Below are positions 38,360 to 52,598 of a stretch of 64,000 nt of DNA, piece after piece (position 1 is the stretch's first letter; the number at the start of each line of letters is the position of its first letter). This DNA comes from Hypanus sabinus (lineage: Eukaryota), in NCBI RefSeq assembly GCF_030144855.1, contig NC_082715.1, positions 100,440,001 to 100,504,000 on the forward strand, given 5' to 3'. The translations under genes were made by a program, and so were the position numbers. The notes below the pieces were generated by a model, which was not told the origin of the DNA, made no database searches, and worked only from the letters and a program-made list of their open reading frames with translations.

Positions 38360-39320
38360 AGAGTTCAAAGTAAATTTATTATTAAAGTACATACTGTAGA
38401 TGTCACCATATGCAACCACAAGATTCATATGTATACAGGCATATGTACACAGTAATTCCAAGAAAAATGACAATCAGTGAAAGACTGCATCTAACAAGAT
38501 GGTTAAATAACAGACAAGCTGTACAGGGACAAAAGAGTAAGAATAAGCAAGCAATAAATATCAGAAATGTGAGATGAGATCTTGAAAGTGAATCTAAAGG
38601 TTGTGGGAAAAGATCAGTGATGGGGTGGGTGAAGCTGATTGAAGTTATACCTGGTGGTTTAAGAGCTTGATGGTTGAGGGATAACAGTTCCTGAACCTGG
38701 TTGGGTGGCTCAACTACCTTCTTCTTGATGGCAGCAGTGTGAAAAGAGTGGGAGGGGTGGCAGGGGTCCTTGATGATGTTTGCTGCTTTCCTGTGACAAT
38801 ACTCAATGGTGGGAAGAGCTTTACCTGTGATGGACTGGGCCGTATCTACTACTTTATGTTGGATTTTCTATTCAAAGGCATTAGTGTTTCCATACCAGGC
38901 AGTGATGCAGCCAGTCAAAATACTCTCCATCTTTATCTACATCTGTGGAAGTTTTAGTTAAAGTTTTAGATTTCATGCTGAATCTTTGAAAATGTAGGGG
39001 TGCTTTCTTCATAATTTCACTTTAGTGCTGAGCCCAGAACAGATACTCTGAAATGTTAACACTGAGGAATTTTAAGTTGCTGATCCTCTGTATTTCTGAT
39101 CCCCTGATGAGAACTGGTTCATGGACCTCTGGTTTCTTCCTCCTCCTATAGTCAATAATCAGCTACTTGGTCTTGCTGACATTAAGCGAGAGGTTACTGT
39201 TGTGGCACCACTCAGCTAGATTTTCAGTCTTTCTCCTAAATGATGATTCACGTCCACCTTTGATTTGGCCAGCAAGTGTTGTTGTCAGCTAACTTGTATG
39301 TGGCATTGGAGCTGTGCTTA
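38360..39320 (-). mobile_element. Rex/Babar-type LINE 3' fragment
   Basis: Reverse-complement similarity to the 56440-57962 element (ESILTGCI..WYG, KTK.LIID remnants). Confidence 0.6.
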
Positions 39321-42300
39321 ATTCAAACAAATTTTTCTCAGTGATTACTGAATAATTTCTTCATAATGGTATCCAACTTGCAGAAAATGTGTACATGCAT
39401 ATTAATCCTTGGGTGTGCTTCATGTGCATGCCCACATGTTTGTAATTGCTTGTGCATGTCTGTATCTGTGTATGTGTGTGATATTGTGTGACAACATGAT
39501 TGCTCAATTCTAACCTCATAGAATGAGGGAATTGTACAAATCTCAATGTGCCTAGACTAGCCTTTTGAAGGAGCTTTCTAATTAGTAGCACTTTTTTTCC
39601 CTCTACAAATGATTATTGATTTTTCTTTATCTGTTTTCTACCTGTACTGCTCTTATTTTATTTGATGACATGGAATATTAAACCCAGATATCCAGTTTTA
39701 ATTTCTGGCTCCTGATCTTGAAACAGTTATAGACTGAATGGCATCAATTGTCTCTTAAACGCTATAAAGATTGACTTGGCTCAGAATCACAGGATGTGTG
39801 GTCTTGGCAGTCATCGGGCGGGAAATTAGAGACAATGGTGGAATTTGCACTAGAGTTATCTCCCCCCCCCTCCCCCCTTTTACCTACTGTTGTCATAATT
39901 TTATTAAGGTTTCTGCAGTTCTTCCAAAGTTGATGCAAGAACAGGAAAAATCCCTGCTTATTCATTGTTAGTTTGAGGAAGGACTCAAGTTCCCTACTTA
40001 ATTACAACAGTGATATGACTCAAACGATTCTTGAAGGTAGAAGTCTCACTTTGAGAAGACTGGAATATAAAAACAAGGATGTAAATCTGAGGCTTTTGTA
40101 AGTCACTGGTCAGACACACGTGGAGCATTATGAATAGTTTTGGGGCGCATATCTAAGAAAGATGTGCTGGCATTGGAGAGGGTCCAGAGGAGGTTTACAA
40201 GAATTATACTGAGAATGAAAAAGTTTTTGTATGAGGAGCATTTGATGGCCCTGGGCCTTTATTTGGTGGAGTTTGGAAGAATGGGGGGGGGGGGAGAGGG
40301 GTGGGGAGGGATTTCATTAAAGCTTACTGAATATTGAAAGGCCTAGACAGTGTGACTGTGAAGGTGTTTGCATTAGTTGAGCGCAAAAATAAATCAGTCA
40401 TGATGGAATGGCAGAGCAGACTCAGTGGGCTGAATGGACTAATTCTGCTCCTATGTCTTATGCTCTTACGCCACAAGATTCGTGTCAGCTCAGTGATTTA
40501 AGGCTAATCTTTTGCCTCACCATCTCCTTCCTCAAGTAACCCCACATCCTTTGATTCCTTCAATATTCAAAAATGTATCATTCTCTCATGATAGAACTTT
40601 GGGACTAGCAGAGAGGATACAGTGGTCAGCATGAACCAGGTAGTCTGAAGGCCCTGTTCTTGAACTGTATGATTGTATGGCTCTATGGCTTTGAGAATGT
40701 CCATTATACTCCTGAGTAGAGAATTGTATGGACTGACCATGTTCAGCATGATGCAGTTGCTTCTTTATCATGCTAAATAACTAACTTTTTAGTTTGATAT
40801 TCTGTTCCTTGGTTCTTCTTAACCCAGCCAGGGGAAATGCTATCACTGCACCTAATCTGGTACACCCCTTTAGAACTGTGAATGTTCCAATAAGAACACC
40901 TCTCATTCTTCTAGACTTAACATATAGGCTCAGTCTGCTTCATATCTCCTCACCAGGAATTCCATTGCCCTACTACCACCACCACCCCCAGCAACATTCA
41001 ACCCCTCCCCAATCCCTGGAATTAATCCATTGAACCTTGTGCAGCCCCAAAGTTGCAAGTGCATTATTCCTTAAGTATTGAGATCAAGCCTACACAAAAT
41101 ATTCCAGATGAAATCTCAGTACTGCCCTATGTAATTGTAATGATAGTCTTCTTTAGCAAACTCTGGAAACAATGCCTCGCATTTCCATTTCATTATTTTC
41201 AAAGAGAAATTTGAATTTTGCATTAGAACTGTTGGCTAATGTGGCTAATGTGATAACAATAGGCAAATATTCCAGTAGGTGAGGTTACCCCAACTCTCGG
41301 CGATGGTCTGTAAAACCGGTTTATCTACCATACACTGCAGCCAGCAACCCAGGAAAAATAAGTTATTGGAGACACAGAGAGCCTGACAGAAAAGTGCAGT
41401 GGAAGATGTATACGGGGCAGGTTCCCATTAATGGTTTGGGGTCAGTGTTGAGTGCTCCAGGAAGAAAGTTCCCAAATATCAGATGCTGAGATTTGACTGT
41501 ACCACTAGTTAGGAAAACAAAACGTGCTCAAAATACTCAGTGGATACAGTCACAGTCCATAGAATTAATGCTTCAGGTCATTGATCTTGAAATATTTCCT
41601 CTGACTCTCTTTCCACTGGTGTTGCCTGAAATGCTGAGATTTTCCTGCACTTAATGTTTTTATTTCAGATTGCCAGCATCTGCAGCATTATATTTATACA
41701 GCTGTTTGAGTACTTGATAAGTTTTCTATTATAACTATTTCTTTTTCCTCATTTTCCAGATCCCTCCATGTTTTCCTAAATCAGTGGAGGTAATATCAAG
41801 TCACTTTGTGAGTGAAATATACATTTATTTATTGTTATCAAAGAGACTCTGGTAAATATATTTAATAAGCTCAATCTGGTGCATGTTTAAATTGAGGAGT
41901 GCCAACTCTGTAGTTATGATTAATCAAGATGATGCCAACTGCATCAATGTGTCATTTCAGCATTTTAAAGAGTATTTATCACTGCAGCACTTATAAATGA
42001 TGGAAGATTATTGACAGGTTATGTCACAGCCTGGTATGGAAATATCAATACTCTTGAATGGAAAATCCTACAAAAATGAGTGGAAACAGCCCAGTCCATC
42101 ATGAGTAAAGCTCTCCCCACTGAGCAGATCTACACAGAGCATTGTTGCAGGTAAGTAGCATCCATCATCAGGGACTCCCACTACCCAAAGTCTCGCTCTC
42201 TTCTCATTGCTGCCTTCAGGAAGAAGGTACAAGAGCCTCAGGACTCACACCACCAGGTTCAGGAACAGTCATTACCCCTCAACAATCAGGCTCTTGAACC

Positions 42301-42329
42301 GAAGGGGATAACTTCTCTCAACTTCAAGA

Positions 42330-43420
42330 TGAGGTTGTAAATTGGATTAGATATTGGCTTTGTGGGAGAAGCCAGAGACTGGTAATAGATGGTTGCCTCT
42401 CCGACAGGAGGCTTGTGGCGACTGGAGTGCACAGAGATGAAAGCTGGGTTCATTGTTGTTTGTCATCTATATCAATGATTTGGACAACAATGTAGTTAAT
42501 TGGATCCACAAATTTACAATTGCTACCAAGATTGTGGGTGCAGTGGATAGCAAGGAAGACTATCAGAGCTTAAAACAGGATCTGGACCAGCTTTTAAAAT
42601 GGGCTGAAAATGGCAGATGTAATTTAATGCAGAGAAGTGCAAGGTGTTACACTTTGGTTGAACCATCCAGGATAGGCCTTACACAGTGAACAGGAGGACA
42701 ATGAGGATAGCTGCAGAACAATGGATCTGGGAATACAGGTCCAAAATTCATTGAAAGTGGCATCACAGGTAGATAGGGTCGAAAAGAAAGCTTTTGGGAC
42801 ATTGGCCTTCATAAACTGAAGTATTTAGTACAGGGGATGGGATGTTATATTGAACTTGTATTAATCATTAGGAGGCCTAATTTGGAGTATTGTATGCAGT
42901 TTTGGTCATCTGCCTAAAGGAAAGATGTAAATAGGGTTGAATGAGTACAAAGAAAATTTACAAGGATGTTGCTGGGACTGGAGGACTTAAGTTATATGGA
43001 AAGATTAAATAATTATTCCTTGGAATGTAGAAGATTGAGGGGAGATTTGATGGAGGTATACAAAATTATGAGGGGTATAAATAAGGTAAATTCAAGCAGG
43101 AGTTTCCCACTGAGATTAGGTGGGACCACAACTAGAGGTCATGGGTTAAGGGTGAAAGGTGAAAAGTTTAAGGAGAACATGAAGGGAGACTTCACTCAGA
43201 GGGTCATGAGAGTGTGGAGCAAGCTGCCAGTGCAGTAGAGTTTGCAAACTCAATTTCACCATTTAAAACAAGTTTGAATAGGTACATGGATAGTAGGGAT
43301 ATGGAGGTTTATAGTCCTGTGCAGGTCGATGGGAGTAGGCAGTTTATATGGGTTGGCATAGACTAGTTGGGCCAAAAGACCTGTTTCTGTGCTGTTCTTT
43401 TTGTCTATGACTTTGTTATG
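42330..43420 (+). mobile_element. CR1 LINE 3' fragment nested in a Rex/Babar fragment (42000-43680)
   Basis: LFVIYINDLD, TKIVG, RRLRGDL.EVYKI and TRGH motifs. Confidence 0.8.
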
Positions 43421-44284
43421 ACTTTATAACTTCACTTGCCCCATCACTGAAATGTTCCCACAGTCCATGGACTCACTTTTATCTCATGTTTTCAATATTT
43501 ATTTACTTATAACTTTTTTTGTACTTGCACAATTTGTTGTTTTTTTTCCCCCACATTGGTTGTACACCCAGTTGGTGTAGTCTTTCATTGATTCTATCAT
43601 AGTTATATAGTTATTGATTTTATTGAATATGCCCACTAGAAAGTGAATCTCAGGGTGGTATATGGTAACATACATACTTCAATAATTACTTCGAACTAAA
43701 GTAAATTAACTTTTAAAAAATAAATTTACTTTGAAATAAAGAACACAATTTGTCAAACAGTAACTGACACAATCCTGTTGTATAGCCATGGCTCTTGGGC
43801 CTACTGTAGATGATTAAACCATCAGCTTTCTGCTGCACACCACTTTAAGTATCAAATGACTAAACAGGATATCTAATATCCAGGTACCTGCAAACTCTAA
43901 CTCCTCATTAAGGGGGAATTAACTCAGATTGACTTAGAGAGAGAATAGGCATTTCAGGATTCACTTACACAACAGATAGAATCAAGAAGGAAATTTTAGA
44001 GAGGGCCCTACACAAAAAAACTGAATGCACGCCCGAGTATATAATATGATCAACTTCACTTGCCATGGAAAATCTGGAAGTAGGCTCTCGAAGACTAGCA
44101 AGCAGCTGATAGGAAAGTAAGATATTGTCTGAAAGTGAGTAATTGTTAGAGAACACTACAATGAAGAGTAGTTTCCTATACATTGGACCTTGGTGCACGT
44201 ATCTGGTGAAATAGTGTAGGCATAATTGCAATTTGCATTCAAAGTGATGTGACAAACACCAGGCTACTTGTGAACAATCCTACC

Positions 44285-44945
44285 ACAAACAAGAGAAAAT
44301 CTGCAGTTGCTGGAAATCCGATCAACAGACACACACACACAACACTGGAGGAACTCAGCAAGCCAGGTAGGATCTGTAGAAACGAGTACAGTCGACATTT
44401 TGGGACAAGACCCTTCAGTGGGACTGGAGAAAATAAGTTGAGTAGGTGTAAAAGGTTGGGGAAGGAAGGAGAGAGGTGAAACTGGGAGGGGGTTGAAGTA
44501 AAGAGCTGGAAAGTTGATTGGTGAAAGAGATACAGGACTGGAGAAGTGGGAGAATAGGAGAGGACAGAAGGCCATGCCAGAAAGAAAAAGGGAGCCAGGC
44601 ACCACGGGGAGGTGATGGGCAGGCAAGGAGTTAAGGTGAGAGGGAAAAAGAGATGGTGAATGGTGAAAGGGGAGCGGGGGGGACTTGTATTACCGGAAGT
44701 TCAGAAATTGGTGTTGGAGGCTACCCAGATGGAATACAAGATGTTGTTCCTCCAGCCCGAGTGTGGCCTCATCGTGTCAGTAAAGGAGGCCATGGATTGA
44801 CATCTTAAGCAGGAATGGGAACTGGAATTAAAATGGGAGACCACTGGGAGATCCCACTTTTTCTGGCAGACAGAGCATAGGTGCTCAGCAAAGCCCTGTC
44901 CCAATCTACATCGGGTCTGATCGATATACAGGAGGCCAAACCCTG
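44285..44945 (-). mobile_element. Penelope-like element 3' end
   Basis: FAEHLCSV..DLPVVSHFNS and EEQHL..LGSLQ remnants; degenerate hammerhead with intact stem I (cagtc/gactg) at 44389-44426. Confidence 0.7.
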
Positions 44946-47174
44946 GTGAATTTCACAGGGTGTGGCTCAAATTTCTGTAGGACCACAAGATGAGATCATT
45001 TTAGAACAGCTGCTCTGTGCGTTACCCACTGTCTTGTATCTCTCCCACACACTTGCCACAAGTTCAATGAGGTAGCAACAAATTATTATACCACAGGTAT
45101 TCATTACTCTCGGGTTCTATTGGGTTGATACTAAAATTATATCCCCCCATGCTGATGTTGGGAATGTGCACCTAATACATAGAATTTATCCTTATAACTC
45201 TCAAAATAAGTTTATTATCAGAGTGCATAAATGCCACCATACACAGCCCTGAGATTCATTTTATGTGGGCATTCACAATAACTACAAGAAACAAAAGAGG
45301 ATCAATGAACCACTGCACCCAACGGGATGGACAAACTGTACAGAGAGATAAAATAAATAATAATAAACAAGCAAATAAGTTAGGACAAACCTGCCTCCTT
45401 ATTAAGTACAAGATTACCTCAAAACATGCCACCCAAATTAATTCCTTCCACACACATTTTGCCTTGATTAAAGTAGCTTCAGGTATTGTAAATAATCATG
45501 AAGGTCGACAATATGATCTCCACTTTATTCTGAGTTTGTTAAATAGAATACTAAAATTGATAGGGCCTCAATGGAGGGTAATCCACTGAGGTTCTTATTC
45601 CTAATCTGAGAAAAAAAAGATGTACGCGTAGACATTGAGCAAGAGCAGCATTATACTGGAGAAAGTAGCTGTGATGACAATATAACCAACTGACTATACT
45701 GGCTGGTGTTAAGATCAAATCATTAAACCTAGCCATAGGCTGTTATGCTGACTACGATGAACTATATTCTAGAATTTGTCAACGTGGAAAACATGAAACT
45801 AAGCCATGGTCTGTCGTGCTGACTACTTACAGAACCATATCCTAGAATTAGGCAACAAGTAGAAAAAACTAGATTGAGAACTTCACTAACTTCCAGGAGT
45901 CTGATATCAGATACCTCTTTCAAAATACTCTAAGCTAAATTCAGAGTTGTAGTGGAGCGTAAATGCATCCAGGTGCTGCCGACCTCCCACTCACAATATC
46001 CCTGGAATAGTTTAGTTTGAGAATTGCTGCACAAGACTGTGGTTTATATATGAGCACTTCTAATCCAGATTATTTTTCTGCAGTTATCAACATTCTGCAG
46101 AATGTTGGCCATGAAACATTTTATGAAATCTCAAATACACTTTTGTTTTAAAAAGAACTTCTGCTTCTCTTATAAAGTACAAAATTTGATGTAATTTCTG
46201 CCAATTGTTTTTGATTTATTGAGAACATACATTAAATTAGGAAGGGTAAGTTCATTCCCCTTCCTTTATTTGAACACGATAAAAAGATCGCAGCATGTGT
46301 TTTCTTTTGTGTTCCGAGTTCCTATCTAACTACTCCTTTATATTTAAACAAATCATAGGATTTACCTTGAAACAGTTGATAGTTCAGTCTTCTCCAGATT
46401 CCCTCTCCAACAAATTTATATCCAGCAATCTGAAATGAAGAATTATTTCTTCCATGTAAAAAGAACTATTCACAAAACCATCTGTTTCAATACAATTTGT
46501 AGGTAAGATGATCTCTGTTTGACTTCCCCTATTGTGATCTAAGCAAGTGTAACCTGAGCCTTGGCTCCGCTTAAGTAGCTCCCAGCAATTATTAAAATTA
46601 GAACCACCTACGTCTGTTACAGTTTCAGTTCAATAGTTGCACAAACAATGATCTTATATACTTAGATAGTTTCTCTCAAACAAACTGAAAATGAAAAATA
46701 CCTTTCGAACAGATATAGCTGACATCTTGCATTAATGGACCTCTGTTTCATGCGAAAGTTACAAATATAAGTGCAGTAGGTCTGGTACGGAGAGTTTTTA
46801 CGTGGATTATTGATGGAATATCAATTCCACAGCAATCTTGCCCTTTCCAATGGCTCTGATTTCCTGCAGTCCTGTAGTTCTTTGATACATCTCTGAACTC
46901 CCAATTCAGACATTTTAATTTAAAGTGCACCTACAGTTACCCCAGAAAAGGATAAGAACAGCAAAAGTAAATGTTGGTCTAAGGCAGGGAATCAAAATTA
47001 AACAAAAAATTGGCAAAGTCGTTAAACAAGTATTTTGTGTTTGTCTAAGTATATCAAAGAGTGTGAGCTAAGTTTGGAAGGGGAAAACAAAAGTTAGAGA
47101 CAAAGTAATTAATATAGGAGAGATAATATCAGGTAAACTAATAGGAATAAGTGCTGACAAATTCACTCACCTGC

Positions 47175-47790
47175 CATAATGAAGTATTTCAAGTGGTTGG
47201 TTATGACTGGAATTAACTTCTGCTTGATCAAGGACCTGGACCCACTGCAATTCAACTACTATCACAACAGGTCTACAGTGGATGCAATTTCACAGGCTCT
47301 CCACTCTGCTTTGGAGCACCTAGACAACAAGTCAAACAAACATCAGGCTGATGGTTATCTATTACAGCTCAGACTTCAATACCATAATCCTTTCAGTCCT
47401 AATCACCAAGCTTCTAAACTTGGGCTTCTGTATATCCCTCTGCAGCTGAATCTTCAGCTTGCTCCTTGGAAGACCACAGTCAGTACAATCAGTAACAACA
47501 TCTCCTCAAGGATGCATGCTTAGCACACTCTTCTATTCTCTCTGCTTATGACTATGTGGCTAGGCATTGCTCAAGTGCCATCTATCAATTTGCAGATGAC
47601 ACCACTGTTGTTTGGAAGGTCACAGATGACAATAAGGAGGCATACATTGTGAGATACTTTGGCAATAACCTTGCACCCTATATCACAAGACCAAGGAATT
47701 GATTGTGGATTGAAAGAAGAGAAAACAGGGGAACATGTACCAGTCCTTACTGAAGAATCAGCAGTGGAAAGAGCGAGTAGATTTAAGTTC
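47175..47790 (+). mobile_element. Rex/Babar-type LINE RT fragment
   Basis: LDPLQF..NRSTVDAI..ALHSALEHLD and FADDTT remnants. Confidence 0.7.
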
Positions 47791-49387
47791 AAAGGTTAAT
47801 TTATTAACCAAGTATACAACTGAAATCCTTCATTTCTCCAGGTAGCCATGAAACCAAGAAAGAAAGGATAGCACAATCATCAGCACCCAATCTCTCCCCT
47901 CCCTGCAAAGAAAAATGAACAAAAACAGAACAGGCAGATCAACCCCCAAATCCCTCCTCCCACACAAAAAACAAGCAAAACAGATCAGGCAATGTTAACC
48001 CACAAATCCCTCTTTTCACCAAAAACATTAACACATTGACCCCAAAACCCCCTCCCCATAAAAAAAGCATGAAGACCATGAAAAAAACCAGAGTATAAAA
48101 ACCATAAGACTGAAAAAAAAGAGTGCATAGCCCAAAGTCCAAAACCAAAACGCAGAGAAAACCTGGACAACACTTTCCAAATGCAGCAGCAGGCTTTCCC
48201 CGCTGGTACAGAGGGGCCAATCAAGAGGCATGCAGCTGACACTCACTTTGATGCTTCAATCTCCCTTGTCGCTTTAATCGGTGAACAATGGGAGCTTTAC
48301 TTAACAAAATGGAGTCAAACGTCAGCTTTCACCCCATCCAGCCACCTGCCCACTACAAGATTTGTGCACGTTGCTTCTGCCTCCCAGAATCCTCAGACTG
48401 CAGAGCACTGGAACACCTAAACGATCTCCAAACTACACATAGCCTGAGACCATGCAAGTTCCTATAACTACACCTTTGATCTAGAAACAGGCACTGGAGT
48501 TAAAGGAGAAGTTGTTCAATATGAGAACTTCAGCTAGGTGAAGGGGAACTGTTTGTGTCCTGCGGACTATGGATTAGCACGGGGCACAATATCAGAGCTA
48601 AAGGTAATGTTGAAAATACTCAATCTCAATACACGGCAGGCTTTTTCTGTTCAGATTTCAGAATCTAAAAATATGTACTCCGCTTATTTGTTTGCAGTTT
48701 TACAATGATACTGTTCAGCTTTGCTCTTGCCAAAGCTCCCCCCAAAAAAAACAATTGGCAAATTTAATATGTCATTGGCACTAATTTATTTTATTAGAGT
48801 TTGGATCCTTCTTTTAATTTCATTTCATAGTGAATGCAAAAGGAACATCTTATATTCACTAAAAATCATTTAGATAACATCCCCAAAATCTATGGAGTGC
48901 TTTTGAAGTGTAGCCATGGTTTTGCTGGAATGTCAAATATGATGTTTCCATCATACCTATGTGATTGCACACCCAATAAAAATCTTACCCAGCTGGTCTG
49001 ATGGAATGACTGGAGTTTTCTGTAACCTGAAGCCCAGAAATATCCCTCCCAGTTAACAACAATACAGTAACTGACCCAGCATAAGTCAAAATCACCACCT
49101 CCCGGAGCCTAGCAACACACAAACATACACTCACCTATTGAGCTATTTCATTCCCTTAACAGTTAATGCATAACAAATGTAGTTATTAGTTAAACCCATT
49201 TGACCAACAGTTAATCCACAAGTTACTGATTTTTGTCACAATAAAGTTATGATGTGAAGTTGCTATACTTAGCAGATTGATAGAATATGGATATGGGAGG
49301 GGAAAGTCTGAAAAGAGCTGTGTGACATGTGGAGTCTCCCTTTCTCCCCTTTAAATTGGTTTTTTAACAGTTTACATACAATTTTCT

Positions 49388-52300
49388 TTTCTTTCTTTCT
49401 TTAATTTTTATTAATATTAGTAATATGGACAGAATACAAATGATATATTGAAAATTACCAGCATACAAATTCCATTACATATGAAAAAAACATACATAAT
49501 AGTTACAATATAAATGAGTTTACCAAGACATAAGCCATAAAATATGTATGAACATGGTAAGTCTAAATATTTCATAATATATGATATAAAGAAAAAAAAA
49601 GAAAATAAAAAATATATGTAATGCAAAACTAGCTAATCTAATCACTAATATAGAAGAAAAAAGCAAAAAAGAGAAAAAAAGAGGGCTGTTTATAATATCT
49701 CACAAAAATAAGTATTCATCAATGCCGTCACTTCCGCTCCTCTCAACATACATAAGCTAAAAGCTGGGAAATCAAATGAACTTGGCACAGGGTCATATTA
49801 CATCATATGAAAATGTTGAATAAATGGTCTCCATAACTTTTCAAATTTAATAGAAGTCTCAAAAGTACCACTTCTAATTTTTTCTAAATTTAAACATAAC
49901 ATAGTTTGAGCGAACCAATTAAATACAGTGGGAGGATTAATTTCCTTCCAATTCAACAATATAGATCTTCTAGCCATCAAAGTTAGAAATGCAATCATTC
50001 GACGGGCAGAAGAAGATAAATGCAGTGAATCTAACATTGGTAAACCAAAAATTGCGGTAATAGGATGAGGTTGTAAATCAATATTCAAAACAGCAGAAAT
50101 AATATCAAAAATATCTTTCCAATATTTCTCCAAAAATGAACAAGACCAAAACATATGAGTTAAAGACGCAATTTCAGAATGACATCACAAATAGGACTAA
50201 TATGAGAGTAAAAATGAGCTAATTTATCCTTGGACATATGGGCCCTATGTACGACCTTAAATTGTATTAATGAATGTTTGGCACATAACGATGATGTATT
50301 AACTAATTGAAGAATTCTATCCCAATTCTCACCAGAAATACTAAGACTAAGCTCTTTCCCAATCCTTTTTTGTCATAAAGAGGCTCTGAACGTATCTTCA
50401 TAATTATATTATAAAGTTTTGAAATAAGCCCTTTTTGAAAAGGGTCTAATTCAAATAAACTCTCCAAAATATCTGAAGGCACAAAATTTGGAAATGTAGG
50501 GAGTACAGAACTTAAAAAATGTCTAATCTGTAAATATCTAAAAAAAATGAAATCTAGGCAAGTTATATTTGTTGGATAATTGATCAAAAGACATGAAACA
50601 ATTGTCTAAAAATAAATCAGAAAATCTTAGTAATCCCTTAGTTTTCCAAGCCGAATAAGCTTGATCTATAATGGAAGGGTGGAAAAAACAATTAGATACA
50701 ATAGGACTATTTAAAACGAATTGAGTCAACCCAAAAAATCTCTGAAATTGAAACCATATATGCAAAGTATGTTTAACTATCGGGTTGTCAATTCGTTTCG
50801 GCAATTTAGAAAGAGCAAAAGGGAGAGAAGTCCCTAAAATAGAACCCAGAGCATAAGCTGATACCGATTTAGTTTCTAAACTCACCCAACAAGGTCCGAA
50901 AGATCCACCCCCATCTTTCAGCCAACATAACAAATATCTAATATTAACTGCCCAATAGTAAAATCTGAAATTAGGTAATGCTAACCCACCTTCCTTTTAC
51001 AAACAAAGGGTTGAACTTCAAATGGAACATAGTTTATTACTTACATCCTCGATTGAAAAATCAATTAATGAAAACTAAATCTGATTTTTATATACATAGT
51101 GATAAATCTGGTAAACTGTTAGCTAGTCAATTGAAGAATGTTTTGGTTAAATGTCAAATCACTAAGATTGGTCAGTAGAATGGGAATCTGACAGTTAATC
51201 ATGATGAGATAAATAAGGCATTTCAAGACTTCTATACCTCCCTGTATCAATCTGAATTTCCTCAAGGTCATAATACTATGTCCGATTTTCTTGGGAAATT
51301 AAATTTTCCAAGATTATCATCTGATGATCGTTTGATATTGGATACTCCTATTACGGATTTAGAAATTAAAGGGGCTATTTCCTCAATGAATTCTGGGAAA
51401 GCACCGGGTCCAGATGGTTATACAGTTGAATTTTTAAAAAAAATTTCCGCTACTCTTTCCCCTTGGTTAGGTAAGGTTTTTGAGGAAGCCATTAGATTGG
51501 GGAATTTGCCACAATCTTTTTATAGAGCTTCCATTTCTCTAATAGTGAAGAAAGATAAAGACCCTACTAACTGTGCTTCCTATAGACCTATATCTTTATT
51601 GAATGTAGACTCCAAGATTTTTTCCAAGTTACTGGCATCTAGATTGGAGAAGGTATTACCCAAAATTATTTCAGATGATCAAACCGGTTTTATTAAAAAT
51701 CGTTATTCTTTTTTTAACATTAGGAGATTGTTGAATATTGTTTATACTCCCTCACATGACACTTCAGAATGTGTGATTTCATTAGATGCGGAGAAAGCAT
51801 TTGATAGAGTTGAATGGCCTTACTTATTTAATGTGTTGGATAAGTTTAATTTTAGTCCGATATCTATATCATGGATTAAATTGATTTATCATACTCCAGT
51901 AGCCTCAGTGTTTACCAATAATCAAAGATCTCCCTTTTTTCACCTATTTCGGGGCACTAGACAAGGATGTCCTCTTAGTCCATTACTATTTAACATTCCC
52001 TTAGAACCTTTGGCAATTGCCATCAGACAATCACAGGATATTTTGGGAATTAATCGTGGGACAGATATTCTTAAGTTATCTTTGTATGCAGATGATTTAT
52101 TACTATTCATTTCTAACCCGGAGAAATCCATCCCAGCAGTTTTATCATTATTGGCTCAATTTAGTGAGTTTTCTGGATACAAGTTAAATCTTAATAAAAG
52201 TGAATTGTTTCCTTTGAATAAACGGTTCCCAATTTATGGAAATTTACCTTTTAAATTAGTTAATGATTCTTTTACTTATTTAGGGATCAAAATCACAAAA

Positions 52301-52598
52301 AAACCATAAAGACTTATTTAGATTTAATTTTTTTACCATTAATTGATCAGATTAAAGATTTGTTTACTAAGTGGTCACCTTTATCTTTATCCCTAATAGG
52401 TAGGATTAATGCTATTAAGATGGTTATTTTACCTAAGTTTTTATATATTTTTCAAGCGATACCAATTTTTATCCCGAAATCTTTTTTTTACTAATGTTGA
52501 CTCTAAAATTTCTTCATATATATGGCAGAATAAAAATCCCAGGTTAGGTAAATATATATTTACAGAAGACAAAAAAGGAAGGCGGGTTAGCATTACCT
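49388..52598 (-). mobile_element. L1 LINE with 5' inversion (3' part on minus 49388-~50998; RT part inverted, on plus ~50999-52598)
   Basis: Plus ORF 51278-52309 is an L1 RT (PGPDG, YRPISLLN, DAEKAFD, RQGCPLSP, YADD). The minus strand holds the ORF2 C-terminus (HMFWSC, NLEKI) and an A-rich tail. Candidate TSD AATTTTCT at 49380-49387 and 52599-52606. Confidence 0.9.

Noticed and set aside
20200-48500. Numerous 60-120 aa ORFs in the ORF track
   Set aside because: No recognisable domains or splice-consistent structure apart from the connexin; most overlap TE fragments or low-complexity tracts.
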